Source: Paracoccaceae bacterium
GTDB taxonomy: Bacteria > Pseudomonadota > Alphaproteobacteria > Rhodobacterales > Rhodobacteraceae
Reading direction: 5' to 3'
Assembly (NCBI GenBank): GCA_014879735.1
Contig: JACSRN010000132.1
Coordinates: 81,102-145,101, forward strand
Length of the DNA stretch: 64,000 bases
The notes beneath the pieces are model-generated. The model ran no database searches. It worked only from the letters and a program-made list of their open reading frames with translations, and was not told where the DNA came from. Position 1 is the first letter of the stretch, and each line of letters opens with the position of its first letter. Shown piece after piece: positions 58,287 to 64,000 of the stretch. Both the position numbers and the translations under genes were made by a program.

Positions 58287-59597
58287 TCAATCCCCGAGGC
58301 GAGAGCGCAACCGCGCAAAGCTGGCCGGCGGGCCACCTATCGGCGCATCCTCGGCCAGAAAGGCATCAAGTGCCGGCCAGAGACGGATCGCCCGATCAAT
58401 GGCCCGGTCGCTGCCGGGGACATAGAGCCCGGCCTGAATCATCATCTCGGCACGGTCATAAGCTCCCAGAACCCGCCGGGCATCGGCGATCAGGCTGTTT
58501 TCCTCTTCGCTCGCCGCATCCGGCAAGCTGCGCGAGACCGATCGCAGCAGATCGATGGCCGGATAACGCCCGCGTTCGGCGATCTTGCGGTCCAGCACGA
58601 CATGGCCGTCAATCGTGCCGCGCAGGATGTCAGCCACCGGCTCATCCATGTCCGAACCGGCGACCAGCACCGAGAACACTGCCGTAATATCACCCCCGTC
58701 GGCTGCCCCCGGACCCGCGCGTTCGGCCAGCGACATGATCGCATGGGCCGTCGAGGGCGGGTAGCCGCGCAGGCTCGCAGGCTCCCCCGAGGCCAGCGCC
58801 ACCTCGCGATGCGCCTCGGCGAAGCGCGTGACCGAATCGACGAGCAGCAGGACATGCAGGCCCTGATCGCGGAAGTGCTCGGCCACGGTCATCGCCGATA
58901 GCGCACAGCGCCGACGCATCAGCGGCGACTGGTCGGAGGTGGCGGTCAGCACCACCGACCGGGCCATGCCGGCCGGGCCAAGAACCCGCTCCGTGAATTC
59001 GCGCAGTTCCCGGCCGCGCTCACCCACCAGGGCGATCACGGCGATATCGGCCGCAACGCCGCGGGCGAACTTTGCCAGCAGTGACGATTTGCCGACGCCC
59101 GATCCGGCAAAAAGCCCGATTCGCTGCCCGCGCACCAGCGGCAGCAGCGTGTCGAATGCGGCGACGCCCGTCGAAAGCCGCTCCCCCATGCTCCGGCGCT
59201 GGGCGGGTGGCAGGGGGGATGCGACCATGGTGCGGCGGTCGGTTCCGGGCATCAACGGCCGACCATCGAGCGGGCAGCCGAGCGGATCGACAATGCGGCC
59301 GAGCCAGCTCATGTCGGGCGCAACCGTCGCGGCGCCAACCAGTTCCACCCGGTTGCCGATGGCAATGCCATCCGGCGCATCCTCCGGCAGGACCTGGGCA
59401 CCGCGGGCGGAAAGACGGATGATCTCGCCGGCAAGCGGCCCCACGCCGGTTTCCGCGACCACGCGATCGCCCAGCCGCGCCGCCGCAAGACCGGACACGA
59501 GGATGGTTCCCCGCGACGATTCAGCCACCCTGCCGACATCGCGCACCGGCACCACCGTGGCAATTTCCGCCTGCAGCGCATCGAAGATTCGACCCAT
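58287..59597 (-). CDS. fliI: Flagellar export ATPase
   Basis: GQRIGLFAGSGVGKS, LVGERGRE, DSVTRFA.A.RE, RGRYPAID. Confidence 0.95.
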   Translation of the reverse strand: MGRIFDALQAEIATVVPVRDVGRVAESSRGTILVSGLAAARLGDRVVAETGVGPLAGEIIRLSARGAQVLPEDAPDGIAIGNRVELVGAATVAPDMSWLGRIVDPLGCPLDGRPLMPGTDRRTMVASPLPPAQRRSMGERLSTGVAAFDTLLPLVRGQRIGLFAGSGVGKSSLLAKFARGVAADIAVIALVGERGRELREFTERVLGPAGMARSVVLTATSDQSPLMRRRCALSAMTVAEHFRDQGLHVLLLVDSVTRFAEAHREVALASGEPASLRGYPPSTAHAIMSLAERAGPGAADGGDITAVFSVLVAGSDMDEPVADILRGTIDGHVVLDRKIAERGRYPAIDLLRSVSRSLPDAASEEENSLIADARRVLGAYDRAEMMIQAGLYVPGSDRAIDRAIRLWPALDAFLAEDAPIGGPPASFARLRSRLGD

Positions 59598-59644
59598 GAT
59601 TTTTCCTTTTTGTCCGCCGATTACGGTTTTTAAAGGAATCACTC

Positions 59645-59659
59645 TTAAGTCTTGGTGAA
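59645..59659. promoter_or_regulatory. CtrA-like site in the divergent fliI/flgB spacer
   Basis: TTAA-gtcttgg-TGAA, one mismatch to TTAA-N7-TTAA. Confidence 0.45.
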
Positions 59660-59681
59660 GGTGATCGAGGGAGAAGCCCCG

Positions 59682-60065
59682 ATGTTTCAGAAGCTGGAAA
59701 TTACCAGAATGGCGCAAGACCTTGCCGCCCATGCCGGTGCGCGCATGGGTGTCATTGCGCAAAACGTCGCCAATGCCGATACGCCGGGATATCGGGCGCG
59801 CGACATCGCCGATTTTGCCGAAGTCTATGCCGATCGCGCGATGGATATGGCCGCCACGCGGCCAGGACATTTGACCACGGCGCCCGCCCTGGCGGGATAC
59901 CAGGCGCAGGTCGTGGTGGAAGCGGGCGCTCCAAACGGGAATTCGGTTTCGCTCGAACTGGAAATGACGAAATCCGCCGAGGTCCGGCAAGAGCATGAGA
60001 TGGCTCTCGCCATCTACCGTTCCACATCCGAAGTGATTCGCGCAGCGCTTGGCCGCGGGAGGTAA
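59682..60065 (+). CDS. flgB: Flagellar basal-body rod protein
   Basis: IAQNVANADTPGYRARD, PNGNSVSLE.EM. Confidence 0.92.
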   Translation: MFQKLEITRMAQDLAAHAGARMGVIAQNVANADTPGYRARDIADFAEVYADRAMDMAATRPGHLTTAPALAGYQAQVVVEAGAPNGNSVSLELEMTKSAEVRQEHEMALAIYRSTSEVIRAALGRGR

Positions 60066-60068
60066 GCG

Positions 60069-60449
60069 ATGAACGATCTGACCTCCGCGCTCGCACTTTC
60101 CGCATCGGGCATGCGGGCCCAGGCCGAACGGCTGAAACATGTGTCGGAAAACATCGCAAACACCGATACGCCCGGCTACCGCCGCAAGGTGATCGGCTTC
60201 CAAGCGGAAATGGACAGTGGCCTGGTCGAGGCCGGTCCCGTCCGACTGGATCGGACCGAGCTGCCGCCGATCTACGACCCCACCAATCCGCTTGCCGACG
60301 AGACGGGTTATTATTCCGGTTCGAACGTCGATCTGGTGATCGAGATCGCCGACGCGCGCGAGGCCCAGCGCAGCTACGAAGCCAATCTGAAACTTTTCGA
60401 TCAGGCCCGCCAGATGACGCAGAGCCTGTTCGACCTTCTGCGTCGATAA
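60069..60449 (+). CDS. flgC: Flagellar basal-body rod protein
   Basis: ASGM.AQ..R....ENIAN.DTPGYRRK, SNVD, RSYEANL. Confidence 0.93.
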   Translation: MNDLTSALALSASGMRAQAERLKHVSENIANTDTPGYRRKVIGFQAEMDSGLVEAGPVRLDRTELPPIYDPTNPLADETGYYSGSNVDLVIEIADAREAQRSYEANLKLFDQARQMTQSLFDLLRR

Positions 60450-60460
60450 GGAGATCCAGA

Positions 60461-60748
60461 ATGGATGCGATAACCCATGTCGCCGCCCAAAGCTATGCGC
60501 AGGCCAGAACGGCCGCGGCGCCACAGCCCTCGTCCGGCGAGGGCGCGACCTTTGGCCTGATGGTGGAAAACTTCGCCGAAACCCTGGCCATGCACGAACA
60601 GACGGCGCGCGCCGCCATGACCGGCGGCGCCGACCCGCATGCCCTTGTTCAGGCCCTTGCCTCGTCGCAACTGGCGGTCGAAACGGTTGCCACGCTGCGC
60701 GACCGCGTGGTCGAGGCCTATCAGGAAATCCTGAGGATGCCGGTATGA
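60461..60748 (+). CDS. fliE: Flagellar hook-basal body protein
   Basis: C-terminal RDRVVEAYQEILRMPV. Confidence 0.92.
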   Translation: MDAITHVAAQSYAQARTAAAPQPSSGEGATFGLMVENFAETLAMHEQTARAAMTGGADPHALVQALASSQLAVETVATLRDRVVEAYQEILRMPV

Positions 60749-61011
60749 CCGAGGCTGAAATCTATGATGTGCTGCGACAGGCGCTCTGGGTCGCCGTGAA
60801 GATCTCGGCGCCGCTACTGGTCGTGGCGCTTGTCGCCGGCGTGGTGATCGGCCTCTTTCAGGCCCTGACCTCGGTTCAGGAAATGACGCTGACCTTCGTT
60901 CCCAAGGTCGCGGCCATGATGGCCGTCTTCTGGGTCTCGATGAGTTTCATGACCGGAACCCTCGTCGCCTTCTTCACCGGCGCGGTCCTCCCTGCCATCG
61001 TGGGGCGATAG
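60745..61011 (+). CDS. fliQ: Flagellar export protein
   Basis: G.VIGLFQALTSVQEMTLTFVPK. Confidence 0.93.
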   Translation: MTEAEIYDVLRQALWVAVKISAPLLVVALVAGVVIGLFQALTSVQEMTLTFVPKVAAMMAVFWVSMSFMTGTLVAFFTGAVLPAIVGR

Positions 61012-61013
61012 CG

Positions 61014-61721
61014 ATGGACGCCGCCGGATATGTCGCGCTGTCCCGCCAGTCGGGATTGATGCGGGAAATGCAGGTTGTGGCGAACAATATCGCCAATCTC
61101 TCGACCACCGGCTTCCGGCGCGAGGGCGTTGTCTTCGCAGAACATGTCGCCCGGATCGAGGGGGAGGTTTCGCTGTCGATCCCGCATGCCACGGGACGTG
61201 TCGTCGACCTGTCGCAGGCCGGCCTCAGCCAGACGGGCGGAACCTTCGATTTTGCCATCCAGGGCGAGGGTTTCTTCCTGATCGAAACCCCGCAGGGAAA
61301 CCGGCTAACCCGGGCCGGTGCATTCACGCCCTCGGCCGAAGGCGAACTTGTCACGCCGGAGGGGTATCGCCTGCTCGATGCCGGGGGCGCACCCGTCTTT
61401 GTTCCTCCGGGCGCGAATGCGCTCTTGGGGGCCGATGGTACGCTTTCGGTCAATGGCGAGGCGGTGGGGCAGGTCGGCCTGTGGCTTCCGACCGACCCCG
61501 AGGCACTGCGCCACCAATCCGGCGCACTGTTCGACGGCGGCGCCGTGCAGCCGGCCGAGGGTGGCAGGCTGATGCAGGGCTTTCTTGAGGAGAGCAACGT
61601 CAATCCCGTGACCGAAATCGCCCGGATGATCGAGGTCCAGCGGGCCTATGAGATGGGGCAGAAATTCCTCGATGCCGAGGACAGCCGTGCCCGCAGCGTG
61701 ATCCAGACCCTGGGGAGATAG
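61014..61721 (+). CDS. flgF: Flagellar basal-body rod protein
   Basis: VANNIANLSTTGFRRE, D.AIQGEGFF, TRAGAF, LEESNVN. Confidence 0.9.
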   Translation: MDAAGYVALSRQSGLMREMQVVANNIANLSTTGFRREGVVFAEHVARIEGEVSLSIPHATGRVVDLSQAGLSQTGGTFDFAIQGEGFFLIETPQGNRLTRAGAFTPSAEGELVTPEGYRLLDAGGAPVFVPPGANALLGADGTLSVNGEAVGQVGLWLPTDPEALRHQSGALFDGGAVQPAEGGRLMQGFLEESNVNPVTEIARMIEVQRAYEMGQKFLDAEDSRARSVIQTLGR

Positions 61722-61723
61722 AG

Positions 61724-62509
61724 ATGAAGGCCCTGCATATTGCCGCAACCGGCATGGCGGCCCAGCAGATGAAGGTCGACGTGGTTTCAAACAACCTCGC
61801 CAACATGTCGACCACGGGCTACAACGCCCGCCGCGCCGATTTCGCCGACCTGCATTATCAGCAACTTGCACGGCCGGGTACGGTTTCCGCCAGCGATGGA
61901 ACCATGTTGCCCGCCGGCGTGCAGATCGGCCTCGGCGTGCGCCCTGCAGCCGTGTCGGTGGTGCTGGCGCAGGGGTCGCTGTCGGCCACCGGGGGCGATC
62001 TTGATCTTGCCATCGACGGGACCGGCTATCTGGAGGTGACACTTCCATCCGGCGGATCGGCCTATACCCGCGACGGATCGCTAAAACGTTCGGCCGAGGG
62101 GCAGATCGTCACCTCCGACGGCTATTCTGTGGCGCCCGGGATCACCATTCCCCAGGACGCCACCTCGATCGCAATAAATGTCGAGGGCGAGGTCTATGCC
62201 TATTTCGAGAACCAGGTGCAGCCGCAGTTGCTGGGGCAACTGACCCTGACGGGTTTCGTCAACGAAAAGGGGCTGGAGGCCATCGGGTCGAACCTCTTTC
62301 TCGAAACCGCCGCTTCCGGCACACCCATCGTTGCCAATCCGGGAAGCGATGGCATGGGCAGCCTGCGGCAGGGGTATCTCGAGGAAAGTTCGGTCGATGC
62401 CGTTCGCGAAATCACCGAGCTGATCAAGGCCCAGCGCGGCTATGAGCTGAACGCAAAGGTCATCACCGCGGCCGATCAGATGCTCGCCGCCACGACGCAG
62501 GTCCGCTGA
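61724..62509 (+). CDS. flgG: Flagellar distal rod protein
   Basis: AATGM.AQQ..DV.SNNLAN, QIGLGV, YTRDGS, AQRGYE.N.KVI..ADQML. Confidence 0.94.
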   Translation: MKALHIAATGMAAQQMKVDVVSNNLANMSTTGYNARRADFADLHYQQLARPGTVSASDGTMLPAGVQIGLGVRPAAVSVVLAQGSLSATGGDLDLAIDGTGYLEVTLPSGGSAYTRDGSLKRSAEGQIVTSDGYSVAPGITIPQDATSIAINVEGEVYAYFENQVQPQLLGQLTLTGFVNEKGLEAIGSNLFLETAASGTPIVANPGSDGMGSLRQGYLEESSVDAVREITELIKAQRGYELNAKVITAADQMLAATTQVR

Positions 62510-62928
62510 TGCGACTGGCATTGATCCTCACCCTGCTTCCCGGCGCCGCTCTGGCCGACAGCCTGATTGCCGCGCGCACGCTGCCGGCCCGCACTGTCAT
62601 TTCCGAAGGAGATGTGATGACGGTCGATGCCGAGATTGCCGGGGCCGCGACCTCGCCCGAGGCAGCGGTCGGGCTGGAGACCCGCGTCGCGATCTATGCC
62701 GGACGTCCTGTCCGCACCGCCGACCTCGGCGCACCGGCGCTGGTCGAACGCAATGCCGTTGTCACCCTGCTGTACCGTGCCGGCGGCCTCAGCATCCGCG
62801 CCGAAGGCCGGGCACTGGCCCGCGGCGGCGCGGGCGAGGAAATCCGGGTGATGAACCTCGGCTCGCGCACCACTGTCACCGGCGTCATCGGCCCGGATGG
62901 CGCCGTCCACGTCGGAGATCTGCCTTGA
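62509..62928 (+). CDS. flgA: P-ring formation chaperone
   Basis: Signal peptide, SAF domain, EGRAL..G..GE.IRV.N..S. Confidence 0.88.
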   Translation: MRLALILTLLPGAALADSLIAARTLPARTVISEGDVMTVDAEIAGAATSPEAAVGLETRVAIYAGRPVRTADLGAPALVERNAVVTLLYRAGGLSIRAEGRALARGGAGEEIRVMNLGSRTTVTGVIGPDGAVHVGDLP

Positions 62929-63647
62929 CCCGCCTTCCCGTTCTTTTCTGTCTGCTCGCCGCGGGGTGTTCGCAACTGGCCGCGGTCGGCCGGGCCCCCG
63001 GATTTACGCCGGTCGAGGGCAGCAATGCGCAATATGCGCTTTATTCCATGCCCTTGCCCGAAGTTGCCGATCCTTCGGGGCCGACCGATGCCTCCTCGCT
63101 CTGGACGGCTGGGTCCGAATCGCTTCTCGGCGACCGGCGTGCCGCGCGCCGCGGCGACATCCTGACCGTGGTGATCGAGATCGATGACAGTGCGAAGATG
63201 TCGAACTCTTCGGGCCGCAATCGCACCGGAAGTCAAAGCATGGGCATTCCGCAAATGTTCGGCATTCCGCAGCGGATTGATGAAAGCCTGCCCGAAGGGG
63301 CCAGCATGGCCGATGCGGTCGAAACCTCGTCTGCCTCCTCTTTCGCAGGCAACGGCGATATCGCCCGGTCCGAAAAGCTGGCGCTGCGCGTGGCGGCGAC
63401 GGTGGTGGAGGAATTGCCGAATGGCGTCCTGCGCGTCGAGGGCCGCCAGGAAGTACGGGTCAACTACGAATTGCGCGAGCTGATCGTCACCGGCTTCGTG
63501 CGGCCTGCCGATATCTCGCGCCGAAACGAAATAACCTATGACAAGATCGCCCAGGCCCAAATCTCCTACGGCGGCCGCGGCCGCATCTCCGAAGTCCAGC
63601 AACCGCGCTACGGTCAGCAAGTGGCCGATGTGCTCCTGCCGTTCTGA
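62925..63647 (+). CDS. flgH: Flagellar L-ring protein
   Basis: Lipobox LAAGC, GD.LTV.I, LPNG.L...G.Q.VRVN, IA.A.ISYGG.G. Confidence 0.94.
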   Translation: MTRLPVLFCLLAAGCSQLAAVGRAPGFTPVEGSNAQYALYSMPLPEVADPSGPTDASSLWTAGSESLLGDRRAARRGDILTVVIEIDDSAKMSNSSGRNRTGSQSMGIPQMFGIPQRIDESLPEGASMADAVETSSASSFAGNGDIARSEKLALRVAATVVEELPNGVLRVEGRQEVRVNYELRELIVTGFVRPADISRRNEITYDKIAQAQISYGGRGRISEVQQPRYGQQVADVLLPF

Positions 63648-63653
63648 GCCGCC

Positions 63654-64000
63654 ATGCGCAAACTACTTCCCGTGATCCTCGCCCTTCTCGGCCTTGTGGC
63701 CGGGGGCGGTGCAGGTTTTCTGCTGCGTCCTGCCGCCACGGCGGGTGAGGAGCACGCCGCGGCCGGGGGCGAGCACGCCGAAGAGAGCAGCGCGACAACA
63801 CAGCCGGAATATGTGAAGCTGAACAACCAGTTCATCGTTCCAGTCCTGGAAGGCGGTCGCATCGTGTCGATGGTGATCCTGACGCTCAGCCTCGAAGTGG
63901 CCACCGGCACATCGGAGGCGGTCTATGCCAAGGAGCCAAAGCTGCGCGACGCCTTCCTGCAGGTGCTGTTCGACCATGCCAACACCGGCGGCTTTCGCGG
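63654..64000 (+). CDS. fliL: Flagellar basal body-associated protein (runs off the right edge)
   Basis: MRKLLPVILALLG TM segment, EYVKLNNQFIVPV, EPKLRDAFLQV. Confidence 0.8.
   Translation, partial: MRKLLPVILALLGLVAGGGAGFLLRPAATAGEEHAAAGGEHAEESSATTQPEYVKLNNQFIVPVLEGGRIVSMVILTLSLEVATGTSEAVYAKEPKLRDAFLQVLFDHANTGGFR

Noticed and set aside
58287-60524. 745-aa FliI with a long N-terminal extension
   Set aside because: The extension is antisense to flgB and flgC; the real start is MGRIF at 59597.
51527-64000. Flagellar cluster as a horizontally acquired island
   Set aside because: Gene order, flaF/flbT and CtrA-like sites fit the native Rhodobacterales system; no mobility genes or obvious compositional break.

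Overview
High-GC alphaproteobacterial chromosome segment; gene content and order point to Rhodobacteraceae (inference). Left to right: a class Ib ribonucleotide reductase operon (nrdHIEF) under a cobalamin riboswitch and an NrdR-like box; a LOG/dehydratase/dapD-dapE block interrupted by DUF535-mnmH-selD; petPR/ilvE; ohr/ohrR; mtgA-fzlA-queG; gltDB; uppP; two convergent tRNAs (Leu-CAG, Thr-CGT); hemD-Mic60-like-hemY; tsaD-yciI-EVE followed by a small LexA-boxed tandem-repeat gene; the rpsT-dnaA-dnaN-recF-(VOC/GNAT fusion)-lysE-gyrB block; mutM, ubiE, ubiB; and the start of the native alphaproteobacterial flagellar cluster (flgD to fliL). I found no CRISPR array, intact IS, integrase or prophage. 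The most notable unexplained items are the SOS-boxed 98-aa two-repeat protein, a two-copy intergenic stem-loop element, the DUF535/selenouridine islet, the VOC-GNAT fusion, and repeat expansions in FliK and flagellin. All calls come from reading the sequence and recalling family motifs; no database search was run.
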